Shown one piece after another: positions 50,142-61,561 of a stretch of 64,000 nucleotides of DNA (position 1 is its first letter; the number at the start of each line of letters is the position of its first letter). The DNA is from Spironucleus salmonicida (Eukaryota). The stretch lies in the NCBI RefSeq assembly GCF_000497125.1, contig NC_090596.1, positions 248,001 to 312,000 on the forward strand. The letters run 5' to 3'. The notes below the pieces were generated by a model. The model ran no database searches. It saw only the letters and a program-made list of their open reading frames with translations, and was not told the origin of the DNA. Made by a program: the position numbers and the translations under genes.

Positions 50142-52340
50142 TCATTTTTTCATCTATAATTTAAGAAACTTGATATTTTAACTGATACGTTAGTATTTAT
50201 TACATTTTTCTTGAATTTCAAACATCTTAATTAAATTTTTTTTTGATTTTGGTATTTCTCCGACTCTATATACAGTAATCACTTAAATATCATTTGTAAT
50301 AATACAATTTTAACAAATATACAACCATTGGAGCTAATTTCCACTAATATTAACTACCTTTAGTTTTTAAAATTAACTCAATAATATGTTTTAAAGATTA
50401 CAATTTTATATTTACAGGTCTTCTAAATTCATTGGTAAGTTACATTTTTCTACCTCAATTCCTTAATTATCATCGAGATTCAGTAGTTATAGTTACTATA
50501 AATGAGATAGATCTGGTAATTTTTTAAGCCCACAACTTTATAAACTCATCTTTTGTATATTCTCACAAAGACAGATTCCAAGTATTTCAATGTGTGTGTT
50601 ATAAGATAGATCAAGTTACTTTAAGTTAATTAAATTCCTGACGTCTGGTAATGCTGTTATTTTACAATTTTTAGCTATCAAGCTTATAAGGGAACTAGAA
50701 AGAAACCAAAAATCCGTTTCTAATGACTCAGTATTTGATATATTTAATTACTTCAAATTAATAAGGTATTCTAATTGATTTAATGAGGTTAGTGGATTAT
50801 TTTATAAATTTAATGTTTAAATTGATATGGGTAATAATTACAATGTCATAATTTAATTAAAACTCAAATCTAGATTGATTAAATTTTCTAAATTCTACAA
50901 ACCTTTTAACTCGATAATTTACAGACCTGATGCAAAAAGATACAATAAATTTGTTGATAATTTTGAAAAGTCCAATTACTTAATTTTGGTCTAACTTAAA
51001 TCAAGATAAGTCAAATTTTCTAAATGTACTAGTATAGGAGATATTCTTAAATTAGCTTGTTTGATATCAATTTCTATGATATTTTCAGGTAAATTTGATG
51101 TATCTAATCGAGGAACTCGAAAACATGATTATAACGATAAATATTTCAAGTTTTCATTATTTTTAATAGAAAAATCCTTTAAATCGCAATGAATTAAGTG
51201 GAGATATGAAAGTAAAGGGAGATTATTAAAAATAGTTAATGGAAAGTCAAATTAAATAGGCTTCACCATTACATTTTACGACAAGTTATATATAAATATC
51301 TTTTCTAATTCAGGCGTGTCTAAAATAGAAATCTTCTGCAAAACACAATTGCTTATCACAAGCTACTTAAGTGATTAAATATTAATAAATAGACATGAAT
51401 TGGGATTCTTGAGATTTTGTAAAAAATTAATATTTGCAAAAATTATAGTTTATAGTTTAGAAAAATTACCTTTCAAATGATGTAATTACTAAAATGCTAA
51501 CAAAGAGGTTTATTCATCCTATTTTGTTGGTTATAAAAATTATTGGATTGTATTCCAATTTTATGGTTTATACTATTTAAAATTAAACTCAAAATACTTT
51601 TTGCAAATATAAAAAGTTTTGTTGCTTACATTATCAAATACCTCAGCAGGTTCTAAAAGTGTTATTGGCTTATGTAATAGTCTAAAAAATACGATAGAAT
51701 TCTTATTAAACGAATAATTAATTAGTTATGGCTCAGATATTTTGACTTCTATCTCTGGTTACTTTTAAACTGGCATAAAATTATTAAAGCGTAGTAAATT
51801 AATATTAGAGCGTATAATATTATTTTATTTAGGTTAATGGTTATTTAGTGAGAATGCTTCATTATTGCATTTTGTCTGTCTATAATTTTTCCGTATATAC
51901 TACTTTGGAATTTTGAGAATCTTGTCAATGATATAATTCTCATTATCATCAAGGTCATTTTTAAAATTTTTTAATTCTTTCATAAAAACAGAATCATTTT
52001 TGAGCTAATCATTATTAGAAGATGAATTATTTATGGATTTTGATCTTATTTATTAAAATAATTTCACAGTATTAACATCATCATCATATAAACAAGAATC
52101 ATTCTTATTAAAGTGGTATATCCTAAACTAAAGTAATTCATCATCTGATATCTTTGTTTTTTGATTTATAGAATACGGCTCTTAAATTTAGTCAAAAAAA
52201 TGAATAAATGACTCAGAATTGATACAATATGATCTATGTGTATATTGCTATGACTAAGTGTTTTTAGAACTTTTAATATTCTATTTGATTTATTCACCCA
52301 ACACACTATATGGAAACTAGTCGATATTAAATCTATGCAT
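50142..52340 (-). CDS. Leucine-rich repeat protein (732 aa)
   Basis: Frame 52340-51776 checked; C-terminal half has LxxLxLxxN repeats (LINLDLSFN, LKQLDLSYN, LLNLDDN). Confidence 0.8.
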
Positions 52341-52398
52341 TTTTTATTTCATTTCAATGCATGGTATATAATTATAAATATAATATATTATTAGTGAA

Positions 52399-52722
52399 AT
52401 GCTAGCAAATCTTTGCTTTGCTAAGTATTAAAGTAACGGTTAGCTTACAGAAAATTAAGGCAGACTGGCGTTAATAGCACTAACTGGAGATATTAATTCT
52501 CAGTATAAGTCATTTTTAACTTAAAATGACTATATTAATTACTCATAGACTCTTCAATTTATGAAACCGTAATTAATCTAGAAACCATTATCTTTGGTTT
52601 AATTTGTTGATAAATTTAAAGATTATAATTTAACGGAAGATGAACTAGTTTCGATTTTTGAATATTTTAGTATTGATGGTTTCATCTCCAACGAGTTTGT
52701 CGATAGAGTTTTATAATAATGA
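52399..52722 (+). CDS. Small protein, degenerate EF-hand-like (107 aa)
   Basis: FAKYQSNGQLTENQGRLAL and LTEDELVSIFEYFSIDGFIS resemble calmodulin-family helices and loops. Confidence 0.55.
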
Positions 52723-52761
52723 TTAGTTAATATAATATATTATTAATATATATTATTAAGA

Positions 52762-53967
52762 ATGACATACATTATTAATTACTCTTAAGATTTAATTCAT
52801 TAATAGCGAGCTTCCAAAATAATAATAAATACCTAGCAAAGCCTATAAAATAAAAGAATGTTATTCAATAACTTTGTACAATGTTAAAACATGAATTACT
52901 CTACTGATTCAATTAGACATCCTTATATTTAAGCTGATACTTCATCAGCATTTTATAGAAATGGGTCCACAGCTCTTAATGCATAAGAGCATTATCTTTT
53001 TATAACACTTTTTTATTGGTATGGATCAGATTTTTATATATGGTAGCAATTTATTGAAAATACATTATTACCATAATCAGCTATAATCAACTATTATAAC
53101 CTCAACTATCCTCAATTAGTAAAACTATCTAAAGATGTAGAATATTTTGCAAATTCTCTAAGAGGATAGCAGATATTATAATATTACTCCTAATTTGATT
53201 TCTTTACTTCAATTACTCAAGTATAAACACCAATATTATCTAATTTTGGTTCAGTGTGTAGAGTAATGGAGAATAAACTATCATAATTTACAGGTAAAAT
53301 TGTCAACCCAATATTGATTAAAGATTATAATTTTGATCTTCCAAATGGTTTACTGATTATAACACCAGAAGAAAGAATGTTTGTTAATATTTTAAAATCA
53401 CCTATTGCAGGACTTAATAGAGTAAATAATGATAGATCTATTGACTTTGAGGTTCAACCAAATTCTTAATTTTTTTCTGATCAGAAGTAAAAATTGTAAG
53501 TTTTATAATTATAAGAAGTAAAATAACGTTTGTAAATATAAAATAAAATAGTAACAGAAATATTTAACGCATAGAATGATCAATAGTTAGGAATAATAAG
53601 ATTATTAGATAAACTAATAAAAAATTCATCAACTTAATAATAAGTATAGATTCTATAGGAACTAATGGATATTACAGAAAACAATTAAGATGTTTAATAG
53701 TAAGTGAAAAAGTTAAGAATTGCATTAGGGAAACCTGTTATGTCAGCATGGGCAAAATATTTATATGACAAATTAATAAGCAGTTAAAATATGAATAAGA
53801 TTATAAATATATCATAGTTCAGTTTTCTTCAGTAATATCATTAAGGCAGACTCAATCGTAATTTTTTTGATGGGCCAGTTTTAGCTACAGAACACTTATT
53901 AGATGTACCACACATTCCTGAATTATCGGAATTGCAATTGGCGATTGAATTATATTTTAGTGATTGA
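52762..53967 (+). CDS. SANT-like domain protein (401 aa)
   Basis: QEHYLFITLFYWYGSDFYIWQQF...AIINYY resembles a SANT domain; ends AGTGATTGA. Confidence 0.6.
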
Positions 53968-54041
53968 TTATAAGTTATTATCTTTTCTTTTCTAACCTTA
54001 AAATATGATATATAACAAACTTATTTTTATTTAAATTAAAA

Positions 54042-54578
54042 ATGTCAATCAGGTAGTATTAAAAATTTACTACAGATGATGAAGATACTTTAATTAATAT
54101 GGTTAATGATTAATTAAAAAAATCAACAAGAATTAACTGGAAGCCAATTGCCGCTACTTTGAGTAAAACTCCACGTTAATGTTATGATTTTTATATTATC
54201 AGAAAATAGTCGAGTAATAAAACTGAAAAGCATGATTGGTAGTTAGAAGAGATTAGTTAACTATTAGATGCAGTTTAAACTCATGGAACCAAATGGGATA
54301 CTATTAAAACCGAATACTTTCCAAATCTTACATAGAATTAGTTAAGAAACAAATACTATCACACAACAAAATCATCTAGGGCGAATTCATCATAAAATTT
54401 AGCATAGGGAATAGGATCATCTGTTGAAATTAACTAACGTACATTATCATTGAATGATTTTTTCAATGCATAGTTTACTTAGTAAAACAATATGATATAT
54501 ACTACCCAATCAACAGTTCCTGAAAATCTAGATGTATTTGGGGAAAATGTTAATGATATGTGGGACGATGAATATTGA
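54042..54578 (+). CDS. Two-repeat Myb DNA-binding protein (178 aa)
   Basis: FTTDDEDTL...INWKPIAATLSKTPRQCYDFY and WQLEEISQLLDAVQTHGTKWDTIKTEYFPNLTQNQLRNKYY. Confidence 0.88.
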
Positions 54579-54913
54579 ATATTTTTACTTTATCTAAAAT
54601 TGAGTATATTTTTAATCTTAACTCTATATTTTTAGTCTGCTTATCATATTAATTATACAAAGCCAAGTAAATAATTTACTAATACCAACAGTACATAATG
54701 AACTTATAATTAAAAATCAAAGTCTATTTCAAGTAAAAAATGTAATTATTCTTATGTAAATTTAGTAAAATATTATTTAACATAATTTCAAATAAATAAC
54801 TTATATTTAACAAAATTATAACAATAAAGTATGATGCTTCCATAAATTAATAAGCTATTATATTAATAACAACTAATCCAAGATTTATTACTCCAAATGC
54901 TATCTTCACTCCT

Positions 54914-55846
54914 TCATAACCTACCTTTTTCAAATTCATGGGACATAACAATTCCCCACAACCTCTCTTCTTCATCTCCCTAAACCACCTAAAATTCTAC
55001 CAGTTTTTCGTTAAACATATGTTTACAGTGCAATAAGCTTACACATGCTGGTGAATCTCTGCATACAACTACAAACACTCCGTCTAAATATTCACAAAAA
55101 ACAAATTAACAAATTTGACAAAACCACTTCATGAGAAGTTCTTTCGTACCATTTTCAATCTTTGCGCTTACAACGCAATTTTTAGGAAATGAATTCTTTA
55201 AGTCATCCATTCTCAAAACTATTAGATTTTTGTTGATTTCAGCTTTACATGATAACATTCTTTCTACATAGTTATTGTCACCAAGAACACGAGATTTACC
55301 CCATGTTTTAGATGAAAAGAAAGCGGTTTATTCTATGATTTTTCCCCGATCCCAACTAGGTTATGAACCAAAAAATTCATATACTTTATATGCTTCTTCT
55401 CTAGAAGCAAATGAAAGTTTTGCAATGAACTTAGCTTCGCCGAAAACTCTAGTTTTAATAACTTAAGTGAATTTTGGGAAGATATTTGTCTGCTTAGCAA
55501 TAAACCACTTAATATCTTTGTTGATAGTTGGAATATATGAGCTTTCCATTGATGAAATTAAAAGTGTTTGGGATATAAGTGAGTTTTCATTTTTGATTTG
55601 ATTTACTCGTGTGATAAAAGATTAACATAGCGATAATTGAACGATTTTAGATAGATTAACAGCTTTAATAAGTTAAACTAATGTAACATGATGTTTTGAA
55701 AAATATGGTATTTAAATAATTTCTTCTAAGGGAACTTCCCCTTTAAAGCATTCATATAACTTCATATTTTCTGGTTAAAGAGTCAATTTTAGATCTGAAA
55801 AGTAGTCTGATAGAAAAGTTTCTATTTATTTAGTTTTTAAGGGCAT
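54914..55846 (-). CDS. La-motif/RRM/xRRM RNA-binding protein, La/LARP7-like (310 aa)
   Basis: DYFSD...EVPLEEII...LIKAVNLSKIVQLS...ITR (La motif); RRM-like middle; FPKNCVV...FQVVQGDEEERLWGIV (xRRM helix 3). Confidence 0.65.
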
Positions 55847-55924
55847 TAAAGTGGAGGGAGAAAAGAATAATTATTTAAACCCTATTATTATATAATACTA
55901 AAACTTATATACAGCAGATTCTTA

Positions 55925-58474
55925 ATGATTGGTAGAAGAAAAACTATGTTTAGCGTAATTTCAGACGGGTAAGTCATTTTTAGTGGACACAAATATTTAA
56001 TACTATAAAATAAAGACTTAATTCATGTGTATAATGAAAAATTTATTAGCATATTTTAGCTTTCTACAACAGATAGAGTTATTTCAACCTGTGAACTATT
56101 TATTAGGAATCAATCATTAATATTTACTCTTTCTTCTGGAAAAGTAGTATTAATATAAGACGTGTAAGATGAACTGATATTTCAATTATCAAAACCACAT
56201 ATTTAGACAGCTTCATTTAATCTTCTAATATAAGAGAATAAAGTATAAATAAATTATATTGCTGAAAATATTCTATATAGGTAGGAGTATAAGTTTATCT
56301 AAGGACATCTATCAGATGTTATTTAATAACCAGATCTTAATCTTTAACTCTAAATTTCTTAATAGATCTGTTTTAATGATATTACATTAATTCTTGCGGA
56401 TTCTAAACTATACTCACTTAAAGATTAATTATTGTACATAGATATCGCTGAATAATTATTTATTCAGTCAGATAATTAAGTTTTATATACCAACAATTAG
56501 AATATAAATCAAATAACAATCTAAAATAACTAAAATAGCATAATGTAGGTTTAAAATTTAGAGTTTCTACTTGATGGTAATATATATTATTATAATTAGT
56601 ATATTATCATGATATAATCGAACATCATAGCATTTTTCGATTTTCCAACTGGAACATTCATCTATTCTGCAATGTTTACCGGCTAATTTTTTGTATTTAT
56701 AAATTAACTTTTTGTTAAGCAAAATTCTATAATAGAATAATTTTATCTAAATTTTTTTGATATAAACGAATATAATAAATAGCATCTTTTATTCTAAAAA
56801 TCTAACAAGGCTAATAAGAGTTTCATGTTAAATAAGGGACTAATAGATGGATATAAATAATATAGTATAATTTGGTTAAGTTAAATTGCATTTACTTCTT
56901 TACCTTAAAAATAAATAGTTAAGAAAGTAGAAGAATCAATCGAAATTTCTAAAATTTCGTTACTACACTTAATAATTGGTGGGATAACTCAAAAAGCTGA
57001 TAAATAATAGCGGTTTACAATTAAACTTTAAGATTTAATGTAAGAACTATAAATTGCTCTATAAATAATATCTGATAGTAATAACAACGAATATTATTTC
57101 TTAGGAAGTATAATACTGTTAATTTCATTAACTACTATTTGTGCGCTATAGAAGCTGGAATATGGCAATGTACAGTATACACAGGTATTTCAAAAATAAC
57201 TTGAGTAAGAAATTATTTCCATGTAAGTTTAAAATTTGCTTTTTAAACTGGCAAAATTCACTTATTTCAATTGTAAAATTAGGAAAAGCTAAGAGATGTA
57301 AGACCTTATTAGAATGATTAATTAGTAATTCAAATAAATTTCTAATGATAAGTAATAAAACTAAAACTTGATAAGATTAGATTTAAACAATTTAAATAAT
57401 TTTCTTTTATGTTAGAGTTAATTAAAAACTAACAATCCAAATTTTAATAAAGAAAATCTTAATATTTATAAAAATTACGTAAATAATAATTTTAATGACA
57501 ATGTATAGTGTTTTTATGAATCTATTTTTAGGTCTAATACTGCTTCTGAATATTTTAACTAAAATCTTAGTGATGATATATATACTTTATATCCAGAGTT
57601 AGATGTGTATAGATAATTTGAAAATAAGTCAGTTTTCTTTAATTATAAACTAGATGATATAAATTTTGAAATATTCAATGCTAGTATTTAAACAAATTTT
57701 TTACAATTAATTGAATAGCTTTATTTTAATAAAATCCTTATTTAAAGAAAATTTAAAATTATACTCACACCATAATAAGAGTAATTCATAGAGTTAATAT
57801 TAATATAAATGAAATAATTTAATCACATAATTTCATAGTTTTATATTGATAATAAAGAAGATATTCAGATATTTAACAATTAAATATGTGAAATTTTAAT
57901 TAGTTAAAGACCATTTTTGACCAAAGAATTATATAATTAACTTAACTCGAAAAACGAATCAAAATTACCTGGTAAAAATATAATGGATAAAGATTTATAA
58001 GTATCTAGATAATAACCTTAATAAACTATATTAAACAAGTAATAATAATATTTAAATAATCTTGAGAGTATTGAAATAGAGTATATCAAGATGATATCTT
58101 CTAATAGTTAAGAAACAGCAGATAGTTATATAAGTTTAATTACTAACGCAGACTTTATATTATTTAATTAAATCTAATAGCCATCTTTTTAAGGTTTAAA
58201 GTAATACTAAAAACTAAAATCTTATTGTATCAATATAATATCTAAAGTTAATAAAGTTGAAGATATATACCTTAATATATTTACTTAATTAGATTGTAAT
58301 TTTGAAGATTATTATTTACTATTGCAATAGTGTTTTTTAAATATATGTAATTTATTCATGTTTTATGAGCCATAGTTAAATAACTATGAATATGACTAGG
58401 ACCTAATTATTAAAAAAGCTTCTAATATACTAAAAATATCTTTAGGTTTCAATTAAATTTTAAAGTATGAGTGA
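55925..58474 (+). CDS. Large hypothetical protein (849 aa), beta-rich N-terminus and helical C-terminus
   Basis: Frame checked 55925-57120; ends GAGTGA; no family recognised. Confidence 0.65.
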
Positions 58475-58519
58475 TATGTATATTATATTATTGTATATAC
58501 TATTTTTAATAATAAATAA

Positions 58520-59020
58520 ATGAATTTAGAAATAGTTCAACCTACATTTCAACTATAATTATATAATTTTCTTATATATGAGACATTAGTACCTGTTAAA
58601 ATGAATTCTACTATAAATTATTAAACATAATCACTTTCATAAACACATTCTAATTTAAGAGTAGGGTCAATTCTTTAACTTACTTTAGCAGAAGCACTTG
58701 AATTACAAAAACATCATTTAGCTATTATTTAATTACCTGAATTTTTGACAATCAAGTATTTATAAAATATACTCGAAGCAGAATAATTATCTACCAAATT
58801 AGCACCATTGCCATAATGTTATTTTTCATCATCACAAATATTGCTATCTCAGTTTCAAAGTCGTCCTGAAATTTTTGATCTTACTCTTATTGATGAATTA
58901 TTTTCGCTGCGGCATTAAATAAGATAACATAGACAGTAAAAGTTAAATGAAGGGGAATTAACTAATGCTACATTGGATGAGTTATAAATGATTTCTTATA
59001 AATAACAAATTGAAGAGTGA
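58520..59020 (+). CDS. PSF2: GINS complex subunit PSF2 (166 aa)
   Basis: NFLIYETLVPV...LTLAEALELQKHHLAIIQLPEFLTIKYLQNILEAE...LAPLPQCYF...LTNATLDEL aligns with Psf2 ([41 protein letters not shown]). Confidence 0.75.
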
Positions 59021-59021
59021 A

Positions 59022-59648
59022 TCAATGTAACTTAAATTTATGTCTAGTATTCTACTATCTTATTTCTATTTACGAATCCTTTAATAATTTATTTGAATAA
59101 GCATTGTTTACAATATAGTTAAACTAATCTAATATAATTTTGCAAGAATTGATAATTTCTTACGCTTGATTATCTAACTTTTTAATGTTTGTTTAATTAT
59201 TAGCTTTTTTATTAGATTATTTTGTAATACTCTTACTAGATAAATTTTGAATTTTTGTGATACATTTTTAGTGTACACATGTTACTTTTCCGAGGTCTGA
59301 TGACTATATATCTTTTATATTTTAAATATCTTGAATTTAAGATCTGATATTCATCATTTTCTCTAATAAATTAGTTTCTATAATTTTTTCTATTTCTACC
59401 TATCTATGATCAATTATTTATTTTTTCTATTTATTTGCTACTTAAATATTCTGATCAATTGATTTTTAAGCTTTTATACTTGAATTATCATCCACTTAAT
59501 TAATATATGTATTTAACCTTCTTTATAGTTTTCGTATTATATCATTATGCTCCTATTTAATTGTTTTCATTTACTCATCAAAATACTTTTTAAGTGTTTT
59601 ATCTAATTAAAGTAAATACATTTCATGCAAATCAGCAATTGTGTTCAT
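59022..59648 (-). CDS. Coiled-coil hypothetical protein (208 aa)
   Basis: MNTIADLHEMYLLQ...; frame checked, no internal TGA. Confidence 0.65.
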
Positions 59649-59742
59649 TTATAAATATATATTAGTATATCATATTAATATATATTATTTATGATTTATG
59701 ATTTAGAATATATCATTAATAATAAATTTTTTAAAACATAAA

Positions 59743-60783
59743 ATGGATATTAAGTTTTACAACAAAGACGACTAAATTAAATAATTAATCCGCGTAGATA
59801 TCCTGATAGCATAGGCGAAGTAACTCAAAATTGAGAAACTACGTCAATTAGAAACCCTTTTAATGACAAAAAAACTTTTAATATAACAAAACGGTGCACT
59901 GACGACAAGCCTAAAACAGTTTAAATTATCAGTAAACCAGATTCCTGAATTTACATTTGGTACATCCTCCGCTAAGGGGCGTCGGCCAACTAATGAGGAC
60001 ACGCATTTAGTTTGTGAAAGTCCGTTTTTTGCCGCAATTTTTGATGGCCATGGTGGTGCAGAAATCGCTGAACTAGCTGAGAACGCACTCCATGACTACT
60101 TATAGGAAGATAATTCTATCCCTGGCCTTCATGGGATACAGCTAAAACTCCTGTAATTCGACCAGCTTCTGATCAATATCTGCCCGGAATCTGGAGCAAC
60201 AATGGGGTTCACCTGCTTCCTAGGTAAGAATCTGGTGATTGGAAACATCGGCGATGTGCGTGTTCTTACAGACTTCAACGATACCACCGATCACAAGCCA
60301 GATAGCGAGAGAGATCGTCTGGCCAACTATTCGAGTTTAGTCATAAGGAAACGCGTAAATGGTGTTTTGGCAACATCTAGGAGTTTAGGTGATAGGGCTA
60401 TGAAGACTTAAGGTATTATTGGGTTGGCAGATGTTCAGATAGTGCGGGATTTCAAATTTGTATTTATAGGATGCGACGGCGTGTTTGATGTATTGACGAA
60501 TGAACAAATAAGGAGTATAGTTAAAATGGAGAAAGATAGTACAGACAGAGTTGTAAAGGCCGCTATATGTTTTGCAGAATGTTTGATCGAAGACGGCGAT
60601 TCAATTGTAGAGGAGATTCGCGGGGTTTAATAGTATGAGATTGACGAAGAATATTGTGAAAAAATACTAAAAGAAGATTAGTTAGAAACGAGGCTGTGCA
60701 AAGCTATTATACGGATTGCATTTAGGATGGGTAGCTAGGATAATATTTCATGCATGTTATTGATTATGCAAAAGCACGAGTGA
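59743..60783 (+). CDS. Protein phosphatase 2C (346 aa)
   Basis: GRRPTNEDTH, FDGHGG, SGAT, NIGDVR, DHKP, LATSRSLGD, GCDGVFDV, SQDNIS; ends GAGTGA. Confidence 0.92.
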
Positions 60784-61561
60784 TAATTTAATATAACATA
60801 ATTTGCTTTATTGTGTTATTCATATTATTGTGATCATGTACACCAAAATAATTAATAAAAGGAAGCATTGGAGATTCTATATGGAACTTTAAGATTAAAT
60901 GTAGGATTTATTAATCTTATCGTATTTTCTCTTTATGAATTATTATTATTCTTGTCATTTTGCTAATAAAAAATTAATATCAAAGATATTTTTGAAATAT
61001 TAAGAATATGAGGATTAGAATAAAATTTATGATTATCTGACAATGAATATGTTTTAAAATAATTGATAAATTTACACTAATAATAATATAGTTTATTTAA
61101 ACATGTATTCGAGGCTAGAGATTTACTTATTAAGTTGTGTTACTATGATTTATCGATTTCAATAGGTTATAATAATATAGAAAAAGGCGTAATGAATTAG
61201 AAATAATAAGTTTTGTGAATTATATGAACATTAATAAGCCAGTCAATTTTTATATTAATACTTAGTGTTACTAGTGCTGAGTAGTTTATAATTATTAGAC
61301 TAATTTTGCATACTCATAATTTTTAATGCTTAATATTTAAATAAAAATCATATTAGGTATATATAAATCATTAAAAAACATTTTCAACCTTATTGTAATA
61401 TCTAGTAATATTTTATAGCTTTGGAAAAGATTAATTAGGTCATAAAAATTATAATGATATAACACTAAAATTAAATATATGTAAAGTATTATACTTTTAT
61501 TATTGTACCCAGCAAGCGAATTAACCCAAATATATGTAAATACAGCTAAAAATAAGTCACT

